Position numbers and translations under genes: made by a program. 64,000 nt of DNA, taken from an uncultured candidate division Zixibacteria bacterium (lineage in GTDB: Bacteria; Zixibacteria; MSB-5A5; UBA10806; 4484-95). Positions 19,678-29,884 of the stretch are shown in pieces. The notes below the pieces were generated by a model. It was given only the letters and a program-made list of their open reading frames with translations. It did no database searches and was not told where the DNA came from. Location of the stretch: assembly GCA_963668625.2 (NCBI GenBank), contig CAXXKA010000008.1:1216001-1280000 (forward strand), read 5' to 3'. Every line of letters starts with the position of its first letter. The first letter of the stretch is position 1.

Positions 19678-20073
19678 TTACTGGCTGATACGTGATTTTA
19701 TCCAATCCTCACCCAGCATGGTCTCCGCCTCGCCCTCGGCATCCTCGACATACTCCAGTGGCACGAGTATCAGGTATCCACCGCCAATCGGCCGGAACGA
19801 GCCGAATCCCAACTGGCCGGTGACCCCGAAATGACCGGTCTCGGATATCATCATGGCGGGGATATCCTTAGCTTTGAGCCCCTCTATCACCATCTCGGCG
19901 TACTGGTTGGAGGTAAGCCGGGCCAGCGGCTGCCAGTTCTCGTAGCCGGCGCTGATATCGTCGTCATCGACTTTGATCTCCACCGGCAGTTGATCGACCA
20001 GTTGCTCATCGCAGTCGGGGCATTTGTATATGCCCTGCTTATATTCGTATCTGCATTTCGGACAGAACGGCAT
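19678..20073 (-). CDS. Zinc-ribbon plus DUF2007-like (putative signal-transducing) protein
   Basis: MPFCPKC..EY...CPDC...LV, then A.M....L...IPA..., 'ILVP...EDA'. SD aggag. Confidence 0.75.
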   Translation of the reverse strand: MPFCPKCRYEYKQGIYKCPDCDEQLVDQLPVEIKVDDDDISAGYENWQPLARLTSNQYAEMVIEGLKAKDIPAMMISETGHFGVTGQLGFGSFRPIGGGYLILVPLEYVEDAEGEAETMLGEDWIKSRISQ

Positions 20074-20133
20074 GAGGTCTCCTTTTAATATACTATACGG
20101 GAAAATCGGTTAAATATTCAAATATAAATTATC

Positions 20134-20286
20134 GTGGTCAGAGTATATCCGCTTGCTGTAACTGGTTTACTGTAGCCTGTACCGGCGGATGAGGAGGGGA
20201 TATCTAATTAGCAGGCAGATTGCCGTGTCGCCTTCGGCTTCTCGCAAGCTGCCCCATCTCAGGCTATCATCGTGAGGTGGGGCAGC
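20134..20286. repeat. Cluster of degenerate REP-like elements and a 14-bp stem hairpin
   Basis: aactggttt...ccggcggatgagga (related to 6683-6720), agattgccgtgtcgccttcggcttctcgcaa (related to 19622), and gctgccccatctca/tgaggtggggcagc (20248-20286). Confidence 0.5.
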
Positions 20287-20439
20287 CCTGGATTATTAAA
20301 TTGTAGTGCTTATAAGATTGCTTTTCCCAGGCTGTAAGCTTTGATTGACAGATACTCCTATTGGAAAGCGAGCAGGAGAGCCAACCACGAATATCGACAA
20401 CTAAATTGACAGTTCGATACAGATTATTGACTATATCAC

Positions 20440-20469
20440 TTGCAAGCAGGCCCGGTTTGTTCTTATAAT
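20440..20469 (+). promoter_or_regulatory. Putative sigma70 promoter
   Basis: TTGCAA-18 nt-TATAAT upstream of SD aggagg. Confidence 0.5.
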
Positions 20470-20526
20470 CTATCAAAATGAGAATAATTAACCGGTATTA
20501 CCGGAGTTTCTAATTAGGAGGATAAT

Positions 20527-21507
20527 ATGCCGCTTCTACTTAACCGTGATGATGTTATAAAAGTACTGGATATGCGCGATTGTATGGATGTCGTCGAAAA
20601 AGCATTTGCTGAACTGGCTAACGGTACCGCCGTATTGCCTCTTCGTATTAATATAACACCCCCTGACGGCTTGGCCTTGTATATGCCGGCTTATTTGAAA
20701 GAGTTAGGCGCGCTGGCCTGTAAAGTCGTTACCGTATATAAGAATAACCCGAAAGCCCACGATATGCCAACCACTATCGGCAAGGTGCTATTGCAAGATC
20801 CGGCTACCGGCGATGTTATCTGTATCATGGATGGCGGCTATCTGACTGCTGTCAGGACAGGTGCGGTCTCCGGTGTGGCTACCAAGTATCTGTCTCGTGA
20901 ATCCAAAGGTCAGGTTGCCGGGATATTCGGCGCCGGGGTACAGGCCAAGATGCAACTCTGGGCTGTAGCCGTGGCTCGCGATTTGAAAAAAGCTTATGTT
21001 TATGATGTTTCCCCTGAGGCGGCCGGTAGTTTCAAAACCGATATGAGCAATAAGCTTAACCTCGATATCGAGATAGCCGGTTCGGCCGGCGATATTATCA
21101 ATAATTGCGACATTATTTGCACCGCTACCTCCGCGCCGGAGCCTATTTTCGATGGCAACACGGTGAAAGACGGCGCGCATATCAATGGAATCGGCAGCCA
21201 TACGCCAAACGCTCGCGAGCTGGATACGGCAATAATCAAGCGCTCGAAATTCATTGCCGACTCGTATGAGGCCTGCCTGAAAGAGGCCGGCGATATCATG
21301 ATCCCGATACAGGAAGGCGCGATCGATAAAAATCACATGTTTGCCGAGTTGGGCGAGGTAATTACCGGCAAGAAACCGGCGCGCGAAAACGATTCGGAGA
21401 TCACCCTGTTTAAATCAAACGGTCTGGCTATTCAGGATGTCGCCACGGCTAAGCTGATATACGATAAAGCGGTAGCCGCCGGTATCGGGCAGGATGTCAA
21501 TATCTAA
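20527..21507 (+). CDS. Ornithine cyclodeaminase / mu-crystallin family (archaeal-type alanine dehydrogenase-like)
   Basis: MPAY, KVVTVY..N, LTAVRTGA, GIFGAGVQA, HINGIGS, RELD, FKSNGLAIQDVA motifs. Confidence 0.9.
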   Translation: MPLLLNRDDVIKVLDMRDCMDVVEKAFAELANGTAVLPLRINITPPDGLALYMPAYLKELGALACKVVTVYKNNPKAHDMPTTIGKVLLQDPATGDVICIMDGGYLTAVRTGAVSGVATKYLSRESKGQVAGIFGAGVQAKMQLWAVAVARDLKKAYVYDVSPEAAGSFKTDMSNKLNLDIEIAGSAGDIINNCDIICTATSAPEPIFDGNTVKDGAHINGIGSHTPNARELDTAIIKRSKFIADSYEACLKEAGDIMIPIQEGAIDKNHMFAELGEVITGKKPARENDSEITLFKSNGLAIQDVATAKLIYDKAVAAGIGQDVNI

Positions 21508-21578
21508 CGGCGGAAATATTCGGCTGTTTTAAAATCTATATTTGTTGCCGGCTATGGGCCTTAAGTGAACTATTTCAC

Positions 21579-21607
21579 TTGCATTTAAGTATCTATTTGC
21601 ATAATAT
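21579..21607 (+). promoter_or_regulatory. Putative sigma70 promoter with an adjacent operator-like palindrome
   Basis: TTGCAT-17 nt-TAATAT. Palindrome aagtgaa-ctat-ttcactt at 21563-21580 touches the -35 box. Confidence 0.5.
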
Positions 21608-21675
21608 TCGTCGTTGGAATATTATTGCGTCTCCAGGCGTAATATGGTATAAACGATAAACCCTGGAGGTAAATT

Positions 21676-23052
21676 ATGTTGAGAAATTTAACCGCGATTT
21701 TAGTATTAGGTCTGGCTGTCATAGCTTTTGCCGGGGATGATCCCGGAGTGTCTATCACTATTTATAACAATAACCTCGGGCTGGTTAAGGATGTCCGCGG
21801 GTTGGATATTCAAAAGGGTGCCGGTATCCTCGATTTCGATGATGTCGCCTCGCAAATCGATCCCACCAGTGTTAATTTCCGCTGCCTCGATGACGACAAC
21901 GTAGCGGTGCTGGAACAGAACTACCTCTACGATTTAGTATCGACCGAGGCGTTGTTGAAACGCTATCTCGGCAAGCAGATAGAGATAATCGGTGAGGATG
22001 ATACCCGGTTCAAAGGCGAGCTGTTATCGTTCGATAATCGAGCTGCCATTATTAAAGAAGATGGCGGTCAAATCGTGATGATCTCCATGGATAAGCTGAT
22101 AAATGGTCGTTTCCCGTCACTGCCCGAGGGTTTGATAATAAAGCCGACTCTTCGCTGGGAACTGGAATCGAACTCCTCCGGCAATAAAAACTGCGAGGTC
22201 AGCTACCTGACAAGTGGTATTCAGTGGAATGCCGATTACGTGGCGGTGGTAAACGATAAAGACACGAAGCTTGATCTATCCGGCTGGGTGACTATCAACA
22301 ACAGTAGTGGCGCCTCGTACGAAAACGCTAAGCTGAAACTGGTAGCAGGTGATATTCATCAGGTAACCACGCCGCAATTTGATAGGATGGAGATGTCTTT
22401 AAACAGGTCTGGCGCTAAAGCCGCACCACAGTTCGAGGAGGAATCGTTTTTCGAATATCATCTCTACACGCTCAACCGTCCCGCTACGGTAAACGATAAA
22501 GAGATCAAGCAGCTTACGCTGTTCCCCACGGCACAAGCCAAAGTTAAGAAAGTATATATATTCAATTCCCGACCTTCATATTATAGCCGGGGTAGCGATA
22601 AATCCAAAGTCAGAGCTAATCTTGAATTCGATAATACTAAATCAGCCGGCCTGGGGATGCCACTGCCGAAAGGTAAACTTCGCGTTTACAAAGAGGACTC
22701 GCAAGGTGCTCTGCAATTTGTCGGTGAGGACCAGATCGATCACACACCCAAGGGTGAGAAGGTGCGTGTGTATCTCGGGGATGCTTTCGATATTACCGGC
22801 GAGCGTAAACTAATTAATGTTGAAGACCTGGGCGGAGACCGTCGCCGTGAGACTGTCGAGGTTACTCTAAAAAATCATAAAGATGAGGATGTAGTAGTCA
22901 CGGTGGTGGAACGTGCCAGTGGTTGGCGTGAATGGAAGATAGAAAACTCCAGCCATGAATATCGCAAGGTCGATAATTCTCAAATAGAATTCGATTTAAA
23001 TGTTAAAAGTAACGATGAAGAAACTTTAAATTATACAATACAATACTTCTAG
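21676..23052 (+). CDS. DUF4139 domain secreted protein
   Basis: Signal peptide. ITIYNNNLGLVKDVR, IDPTSV, EQNY.YDL, SYLT.G..W.ADY, EYHLY, GMPLPKG..RVY and GED.IDHTP motifs. Confidence 0.85.
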   Translation: MLRNLTAILVLGLAVIAFAGDDPGVSITIYNNNLGLVKDVRGLDIQKGAGILDFDDVASQIDPTSVNFRCLDDDNVAVLEQNYLYDLVSTEALLKRYLGKQIEIIGEDDTRFKGELLSFDNRAAIIKEDGGQIVMISMDKLINGRFPSLPEGLIIKPTLRWELESNSSGNKNCEVSYLTSGIQWNADYVAVVNDKDTKLDLSGWVTINNSSGASYENAKLKLVAGDIHQVTTPQFDRMEMSLNRSGAKAAPQFEEESFFEYHLYTLNRPATVNDKEIKQLTLFPTAQAKVKKVYIFNSRPSYYSRGSDKSKVRANLEFDNTKSAGLGMPLPKGKLRVYKEDSQGALQFVGEDQIDHTPKGEKVRVYLGDAFDITGERKLINVEDLGGDRRRETVEVTLKNHKDEDVVVTVVERASGWREWKIENSSHEYRKVDNSQIEFDLNVKSNDEETLNYTIQYF

Positions 23053-23061
23053 AACGGAGGG

Positions 23062-24105
23062 ATGATGAGTAAAAAATTAATTTTAGGGTTGGCTCTGGTT
23101 TTAGCGGCGATATTTATTTTTGGCTGTCAGCCCAAGGAATTAAGAACTGTTAAGATCGAGCTGGGTACCTGGAAGAAACCGAAATCCAATCCGAGTATCG
23201 AAAGGGTAAAAGAAAATCTCGCTAAAGCGGAGAATACGACGCCTAATAATCCCGAGGTATATTTCCTGTGGGGACGAGTCTATGCCATGGAAAATAATTA
23301 CGAGGAAATGGATAAGTCCTGGGATAAATGTGATGAGCTTTCTGATGCTTTCGATGCCAGCATGGATACATTGCGGATGATGGAATGGGATACGCTTTTC
23401 ATCCAGAGCGCGGTTAAATCTTATCAGAACGGTGATTACGAAGCGGCCCTGGATAAATCGCAAAAAGCGATTATTTGTTGGGAGCATAACTATCAACCAT
23501 TCCTTTACGGCGCGGATGCCGCTTATCGCCTGGGAAACAATGAGCTTGCTTATGATTTGTCCAAAGCAGGTTACGAGGTTTCCCCCGACACGATTACGAT
23601 GGCAAGGTTGTATGCCGAGATGTGTTTCGTGAGTGATAAGCTCGATGAGGCAAAAGGTGTATTCGAGAAACTGATTGTCAATGACGCCACGAACGCCGAC
23701 TACTATTTCAATCTTGGAGAGATTGACCTGGCTCTGGGCGATACCACGAGAGCTCTCGAGTATTATGTACAGGGTTTGGATAAAGATAAGGATAATCCGG
23801 ATGGTTGGCTCAATATCGCAAAGCTGTATTTCCTGCTCAAGAAGTATCCGGAGGCGGTTGATGCATTCGAACATTTCAAATCACTGGCTGAGACTGTCGG
23901 CAAGGATGATATGTTCTTATACCTGCTTGCGGTATATCAGGTAAAGGACTACGAAAAAGCAAGAGCCGAATTGGAAGTTTTCACTATGGAAAATCCGGAC
24001 TATTGCGAGGCCTGGCAGCTACTCGGTAACTGCTACGTTCACTTGCAAAAGAATAAGGAAGCCAGAGCGGCTAACGATAAATACGACGAGTGTGTCGGCC
24101 AATAG
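23062..24105 (+). CDS. TPR-repeat lipoprotein
   Basis: Lipobox IFGC and several divergent TPR motifs. Confidence 0.75.
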   Translation: MMSKKLILGLALVLAAIFIFGCQPKELRTVKIELGTWKKPKSNPSIERVKENLAKAENTTPNNPEVYFLWGRVYAMENNYEEMDKSWDKCDELSDAFDASMDTLRMMEWDTLFIQSAVKSYQNGDYEAALDKSQKAIICWEHNYQPFLYGADAAYRLGNNELAYDLSKAGYEVSPDTITMARLYAEMCFVSDKLDEAKGVFEKLIVNDATNADYYFNLGEIDLALGDTTRALEYYVQGLDKDKDNPDGWLNIAKLYFLLKKYPEAVDAFEHFKSLAETVGKDDMFLYLLAVYQVKDYEKARAELEVFTMENPDYCEAWQLLGNCYVHLQKNKEARAANDKYDECVGQ

Positions 24106-24130
24106 CTATTTCTAGATAGCTAAAATCATC

Positions 24131-24161
24131 AGGCAGTCCGTTACGCGGGCTGCCTTGTTTT
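24131..24161 (+). terminator. Rho-independent terminator
   Basis: aggcagtccg/cgggctgcct followed by tgtttt. Confidence 0.7.
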
Positions 24162-24173
24162 GTCTTAATACTT

Positions 24174-26579
24174 ATGTTTGCTGAAATAGTAATACCTAAA
24201 ACCGGATTTAGATCGTTCACCTATACTATACCCGAACAGATCGAAAGCTCGATCAGGCCGGGCATGCCCGTTCTGGTGTCGATTCAACGTAACTATGCCG
24301 TGGGTGTGGTTATAAAATTATCCGAATCGAGTGGTGTCGAAAGCTCGCGCCTAAAAGAGATTATTGGCTTGATCGACCCGGTATTTTGCCTTTCGGATAA
24401 ACAGCTCGAGCTGATGAGATGGATATCGGATTACTATATCAGTCCGCCCGGGGATGTTTTAAAAGCGGCTTTCCCGCCGGGATTTTTAGGTAGAACAAGA
24501 ACGAGAGTTTTAGCTGGAAAGGAAGCGCCCGATAATGCCAGGGATAAATTCGTCTACGAGAAAATTAGTTCGCGGCCGGAGGGGTATCCCTATAATCTCA
24601 AAAAGCAGATTTTACCCGGTGTCTCCAATACGATAATCAAAGAACTGATCGCTCGCGCGGTACTATTCCTAGCTCCAGACTATAAAATTCAGCAGCCCAA
24701 ACGGATTTTCTACGCTTATCTTCATGATGATATAGATCCTGTCGTGGTGATTAAAGACCTGACTCCTAAAAGACGTCAGTTGTTGGAATATCTTATCAGT
24801 CACCCGGAAGGCATCTCCTTAGTGAAACTGGTCGAGGAAGGTTTTTCTCGAGATACGATAAAGAAAATGGCCGAAGCTGAGATTATCGAGCTCGAACAGC
24901 GAAGCGATGATGTGATAATCCAGCCTCGTCCCGATGGCGAGTTTAACACATACGAGCTTACCGGCTATCAACAGGAGGCGTATCGGGCAATCGAGGAGTC
25001 GCTCGAAAAAAGCGCCGGCAAAGCATTCCTGATTTACGGCGTTACCGGTTCGGGTAAGACCTTAGTCTATATCGAAGCCGCCAGAAAAGCCCTGTCTATG
25101 GGTAAATCGGTGTTGATCCTATTGCCGGAGATATCGTTAACCCCTCAAGCGATAGAGAGATTCGCTTCATCGCTAAAGCAGCCTATCGCTATCTGGCATT
25201 CGCGCATCACTATCGGCCAACGTCACGAGATTTACCGCAAGGCCAAAACCGGGGAGATTCGGGTGGTGTTGGGGGTACGTTCGGCCGTGTTCAGTCCGCT
25301 TCAGAACCCGGGCTTGATCATCATAGATGAGGAGCAGGATGACTCGTACAAGCAGTCGGAACCGCAGCCGTATTACAACGCCCGGGATGTTGCCTTAATG
25401 AGGGCGAAGATCGAAAACGTGACTACGGTGCTTGGATCGGCTACACCATCACTTGAAAGCTTTTATAATGGCGAAAACGGTAAGTATGAACTTCTGAGAT
25501 TACCTGAGAGATACGGCGGGGTAAAGCTACCCAAAGCCATTGCTATCGACTTGAAAGAAGTTGATATAGATCAGGAAATCTGGCCGCTTTCCGAACCTTT
25601 TATAGATAGGGTTTGCACGCATATAGCTGATGGCAGGCAGGTAATAATTCTTCTTAACCGTCGTGGCTACTCGGGGCTTCTGATGTGCCAGACATGTGGT
25701 TATATCTCGCTCTGCCCCGAATGCCGGGTGGCTTTAACTTATCACAAAACGGATAAGAAACTTCACTGCCATTTCTGTGATTTCATACAGGATGCCCCGG
25801 AAAAGTGCCCCGAATGTAAGGGGAAGGATTTCGATTACCGGGGGATAGGTACGCAGAAACTGGAGGAGATGCTGATTGAGATTCTCGGTGAGAAAGGTAT
25901 AATCCGCATGGACTCGGATTCCACCTCTCGCAAAGGCGCGTTGGAGAAAATAATCTCCACGTTCGAGATAGGCGAGAGGCCGGTATTGCTGGGCACCAGG
26001 ATGGTAGCTAAAGGGCATCATTTCCCGAAGGTAGGTATGGTTGGAGTGGTTTTAGCCGATGCCGGCTTACATTTGCCCGATTTTCGCGCGGCGGAAAAAG
26101 TGTTCCAGCTTCTGGTGCAGGCGGCGGGACGAGCCGGGCGTACCGGCAACAGCGATGATCAGGGCGAGTTCGTGGTGCAATCGTACGATCCCTCCTCCGG
26201 CATCCTGGATTATGCAACCAGCCAGAACTACGAGGTGTTTTACAGGCGGGAATCGGCTTTTCGGCAGGAACTTGGTTACCCGCCCTATGGTAAAATCATA
26301 AGGCTGATATTTTCTCACGAGGATCACTCACTGGCAAAATGGGCGGCTCGCCAGGCGGCATCTACGTTGCGCAAAGAGTTAACCTCGGGAAAAGTTCTGG
26401 GACCTGCTATGACCGGTGTGTTTCGGCTCAGGAATAAATATCATTTTCAGGTGATGTTGAAAGGGCGCTTTTCTGCCGACTTTAAAAATAGGCTCAGGAG
26501 CCATCTGAGTGAGGGGCACTTCGGTGGCAAAAAAGGAGTCGCGGTCAAGATCGATGTCGATCCGCGAGATATGGTATAA
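24174..26579 (+). CDS. priA: Primosomal protein N' (replication restart helicase)
   Basis: GVTGSGKT, PEISLTPQ, IIDEEQD, SATPS, LNRRGY, two Zn-binding Cys clusters, KGHHFP, QAAGRAGR. Confidence 0.97.
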   Translation: MFAEIVIPKTGFRSFTYTIPEQIESSIRPGMPVLVSIQRNYAVGVVIKLSESSGVESSRLKEIIGLIDPVFCLSDKQLELMRWISDYYISPPGDVLKAAFPPGFLGRTRTRVLAGKEAPDNARDKFVYEKISSRPEGYPYNLKKQILPGVSNTIIKELIARAVLFLAPDYKIQQPKRIFYAYLHDDIDPVVVIKDLTPKRRQLLEYLISHPEGISLVKLVEEGFSRDTIKKMAEAEIIELEQRSDDVIIQPRPDGEFNTYELTGYQQEAYRAIEESLEKSAGKAFLIYGVTGSGKTLVYIEAARKALSMGKSVLILLPEISLTPQAIERFASSLKQPIAIWHSRITIGQRHEIYRKAKTGEIRVVLGVRSAVFSPLQNPGLIIIDEEQDDSYKQSEPQPYYNARDVALMRAKIENVTTVLGSATPSLESFYNGENGKYELLRLPERYGGVKLPKAIAIDLKEVDIDQEIWPLSEPFIDRVCTHIADGRQVIILLNRRGYSGLLMCQTCGYISLCPECRVALTYHKTDKKLHCHFCDFIQDAPEKCPECKGKDFDYRGIGTQKLEEMLIEILGEKGIIRMDSDSTSRKGALEKIISTFEIGERPVLLGTRMVAKGHHFPKVGMVGVVLADAGLHLPDFRAAEKVFQLLVQAAGRAGRTGNSDDQGEFVVQSYDPSSGILDYATSQNYEVFYRRESAFRQELGYPPYGKIIRLIFSHEDHSLAKWAARQAASTLRKELTSGKVLGPAMTGVFRLRNKYHFQVMLKGRFSADFKNRLRSHLSEGHFGGKKGVAVKIDVDPRDMV

Positions 26580-26633
26580 ATCTTGACCATCACTAATTAA
26601 TTTTGTAATTTCTGAATTCTTTATGGAGGCAAA

Positions 26634-27293
26634 TTGATTACACTCGATGACATAAAACAAAACCCAAAAATATCGGAATTAATCAGCAAGGCCGATGAAT
26701 TTTTAGGTGTTATAGGATACACCGAACATGGCGACCGTCACTGCTCTTTAGCGGCTAATATTGCCTACAATATCATGATTCGTCTCGGCAAAGGCGAACG
26801 CCGCGCCCAACTGGCAGCTATTGCCGGCTATACGCACGATATCGGAAATGTCATTAACCGTGACTATCACGCTCAAACAGCGGCGGTTATGGCTATGCAA
26901 ATCCTGGATGAGATGGGCATGGAATCGAAAGATATCATCGAGATTATTGCCGCAATCGGTAATCACGATGAGAAAGACGGCAGCCCGGTATCGGATATCT
27001 GCGCCGCGGTAATTCTGGCAGATAAATCCGATGTGCATCAGTCGCGTGTAAGGACTACCGAGTTTATCAAAAAAGATATTCACGACAGAGTAAATTACGC
27101 CGCAAAGTCATCCTTTTTAAGGGTTGACGATGTTAAGAAAAAGGTAGTATTAGAGATAAAAATCGATACTACGGTATCCTCGGTAATGGAGTATTTCGAA
27201 ATATTCCTTTCGCGAATGACAGTGTGCAGGCGCGCCGCCGAGTTTTTGGGTTTGAAATTTGAATTGGAGATAAACGGTCAAAAACTAACATGA
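26634..27293 (+). CDS. HD-domain phosphohydrolase
   Basis: GYTEH..H, HDIGN, GNHDE, LADKSD, DIHDRVNYA, YFEIFL.RM motifs. TTG start with SD ggagg. Confidence 0.85.
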   Translation: MITLDDIKQNPKISELISKADEFLGVIGYTEHGDRHCSLAANIAYNIMIRLGKGERRAQLAAIAGYTHDIGNVINRDYHAQTAAVMAMQILDEMGMESKDIIEIIAAIGNHDEKDGSPVSDICAAVILADKSDVHQSRVRTTEFIKKDIHDRVNYAAKSSFLRVDDVKKKVVLEIKIDTTVSSVMEYFEIFLSRMTVCRRAAEFLGLKFELEINGQKLT

Positions 27294-28330
27294 GCGAAAA
27301 AAAATCTCAGTACGCCCTGGCCGGTGTCGATATCGACGCCGCCGACAAAGCTAAATCCCTCATGAAAAAGATGGTCGAATCGACCTACAACGGTTCGGTG
27401 GTGGGTGGTCATGGCGCGTTTGGGGGAATGTATTCGTTAAAACAGATCACCGGCACCGACCAGGTGATTATAGGTTCTGCCGATGGCGTCGGCACCAAGC
27501 TGAAGCTGGCGATCATGACAGGCGTTCATAATACGGTGGGCCAGGATCTGGTAAACCATTGTGTTGATGATATCCTGTGTTGTGGCGCTAAACCGCTTTT
27601 TTTCTTTGACTATATGGGGCTAGGCAGCATGAAAGGCGATATCGTAACCTCGATAGTCGAGGGATTGGCGATTGCCTGCAAACAAAACGATATGGTACTG
27701 CTGGGCGGAGAAACCGCCGAGATGCCCGGTTTTTACGGTGATGATGAATACGACCTGGCGGGTTTCATAGTCGGCTGGGTTAACAAAGATAAAATCGTTG
27801 ACGGCTCGACTATCAAGGCCGGCGATAAGTTAGTCGGGATGGCCTCGAACGGCCTTCACACCAACGGTTACTCCCTGGCCCGCAGGGCATTTTTCGATAT
27901 AGCTAAATCATCCCCCAGGGATATTATAGAGGAAACCGGAACCACGATCGGAAGCGAATTGTTGAGTATCCATAAATCGTATCTCAAAGCAGTTATGCCA
28001 CTTATTGATGAGGGTATGATCAAAGGTATCGCCCATATCACCGGTGGCGGTTTTGAGGGTAATATCAACAGGATTATGCCGGATGGATTGACCGCGATTG
28101 TGGATACGAAAGCATGGCAGGTTCCCGGAGTTTTCGAAGCGATAGCACGGATTGCCGAGGTTTCACCTCAGGAGATGTATCGGGTGTTTAATATGGGAGT
28201 TGGGATGGTTTTAGTGTGTGATTCGTCCGATTGCGAGAATATACGCGAAAGTATCGAAGCTGCCGATGTTAGAACTTACGAGATAGGCGAAGTGAAATCC
28301 GGCGCAAACAAAGTGGAGCTTATATTTTGA
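27290..28330 (+). CDS. purM: Phosphoribosylformylglycinamidine cyclo-ligase (AIR synthetase)
   Basis: Y..AGVDI, DGVGTKL, GGETAEMPG, SNGLHTNGYSL, AHITGGG, FNMGVG. Confidence 0.97.
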   Translation: MSEKKSQYALAGVDIDAADKAKSLMKKMVESTYNGSVVGGHGAFGGMYSLKQITGTDQVIIGSADGVGTKLKLAIMTGVHNTVGQDLVNHCVDDILCCGAKPLFFFDYMGLGSMKGDIVTSIVEGLAIACKQNDMVLLGGETAEMPGFYGDDEYDLAGFIVGWVNKDKIVDGSTIKAGDKLVGMASNGLHTNGYSLARRAFFDIAKSSPRDIIEETGTTIGSELLSIHKSYLKAVMPLIDEGMIKGIAHITGGGFEGNINRIMPDGLTAIVDTKAWQVPGVFEAIARIAEVSPQEMYRVFNMGVGMVLVCDSSDCENIRESIEAADVRTYEIGEVKSGANKVELIF

Positions 28331-29874
28331 CAGATACTAAACGACCGGTAATGCTTCTTATTATGGATGGCTTCGGGTTAAATCCCGGTGATGAGTCCAA
28401 CGCTATTGAGGCGGCCAATACGCCCAATTTCGATAAATACTGGAGTGAATATCCCCATACTCAAATAGGCGCCTCAGGCTTATCTGTGGGATTACCCGAG
28501 GGACAGATGGGTAACTCCGAGGTGGGGCATCTCAATTTTGGCGCAGGCAGAGTGGTTTATCAAGAGGTCACCCGCATCGATAAGTCCATCTCGGATGGTG
28601 ATTTTTTCGAGAATGAGGTTTTAAATAAGGCTATAGACCGCGCCGCTAAAATCGGTCACTCGGTTCACCTGATGGGGCTGTTATCCGATGGCAAAGTGCA
28701 CTCCTCGATGGATCATCTTTATGGCCTTTTAGAGCTATGCAAACGCAAGAATTTCGATAAGGTATACATTCACGCTTACCTCGATGGCCGCGATACCTCG
28801 CCGACCTCCGGCGCCGGATTCATTCGGCAAATCCTGGATAAAATCGAGGAGATAGGTGTCGGCAAGCTGGTTTCGGTTATCGGCCGTTATTATGCTATGG
28901 ACCGCGATAAAAGATGGCCGCGTAATAAAATAGCCTACGATTTGCTAACCAGGGGAGAGGGCGAAAGCACGGATGATTTTATCGAGACAGTAAAAGAGCA
29001 CTACGATAAAGACAACACCGATGAGTTCATGGAGGCCATAACTATCTCCGATGCCTCGGAAGGCGATGGATATATAGGGGATGATGACAGCGTGATATTT
29101 TTCAATTTCCGAGCCGATAGGGCTCGGCAGTTGAGCCATGCCCTGACCGATGAGGATTTCGACGGGTTCGAGAAGACGCCTAATGTGCTGGTTCATCTCG
29201 TCTCCCTTACTCAATATGAACTAGACCTTAAAGCCGAGGTAGCTTACCCGCAGGTGAAACTCGATCGGATTTTTGGCGAGGTGGTTGCCGAAAACAACCT
29301 GAAACAGCTCCGAATCGCCGAGACCGAGAAATATCCTCATGTTACGTTTTTCTTCAACGGCGGCGTTGAGAAAGAGTTTAATGGCGAGGATCGTAAACTA
29401 ATTGCCTCCCCCAGGGTGGCGACTTATGATTTACAGCCGGAGATGTCGGCCTTCGAGGTCGCAGATGAGGTTCTTGCGGCGATAGAGTCGGAAAAGTATG
29501 ATGTCATTATCCTGAATTTCGCCAACTGTGATATGGTCGGACACACCGGAGTTTTTAAGGCCGCGGTGAAAGCGGTCGAGACTGTCGATACCTGCATGGG
29601 CAAAGTTGTCGAGGCAGTCAAGGCCAAAGGCGGTGTAGCGATGGTTACGGCCGATCACGGTAATGCCGACAAAATGAGGGAGACCGACGGTAAGCCGTTT
29701 ACCGCGCACACGACCAACCCGGTGCCGTTTATTCTCATCGGAGATGACAACAAAGATATCGAGTTGCGCGAAGGCGGTATTTTAGCTGATGTTGCACCGA
29801 CTATGCTTTACTACCTGGGTATCAATAAACCATCAAGGATGACCGGTAAATCTCTCCTGGTCGATCACGAATAG
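28327..29874 (+). CDS. gpmI: 2,3-bisphosphoglycerate-independent phosphoglycerate mutase
   Basis: GLPEGQMGNSEVGH, DGRDT, GRYYAMDRD, NFRADRARQ, AETEKYPHVTFFFNGG, DMVGHTG, TADHGN. Confidence 0.97.
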   Translation: MTDTKRPVMLLIMDGFGLNPGDESNAIEAANTPNFDKYWSEYPHTQIGASGLSVGLPEGQMGNSEVGHLNFGAGRVVYQEVTRIDKSISDGDFFENEVLNKAIDRAAKIGHSVHLMGLLSDGKVHSSMDHLYGLLELCKRKNFDKVYIHAYLDGRDTSPTSGAGFIRQILDKIEEIGVGKLVSVIGRYYAMDRDKRWPRNKIAYDLLTRGEGESTDDFIETVKEHYDKDNTDEFMEAITISDASEGDGYIGDDDSVIFFNFRADRARQLSHALTDEDFDGFEKTPNVLVHLVSLTQYELDLKAEVAYPQVKLDRIFGEVVAENNLKQLRIAETEKYPHVTFFFNGGVEKEFNGEDRKLIASPRVATYDLQPEMSAFEVADEVLAAIESEKYDVIILNFANCDMVGHTGVFKAAVKAVETVDTCMGKVVEAVKAKGGVAMVTADHGNADKMRETDGKPFTAHTTNPVPFILIGDDNKDIELREGGILADVAPTMLYYLGINKPSRMTGKSLLVDHE

Positions 29875-29884
29875 AATGTAACAA

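Noticed and set aside
20267-20476. 69-aa minus-strand ORF in the intergenic region
   Set aside because: It overlaps the promoter of the cyclodeaminase-family gene and a hairpin, with no SD or motifs.
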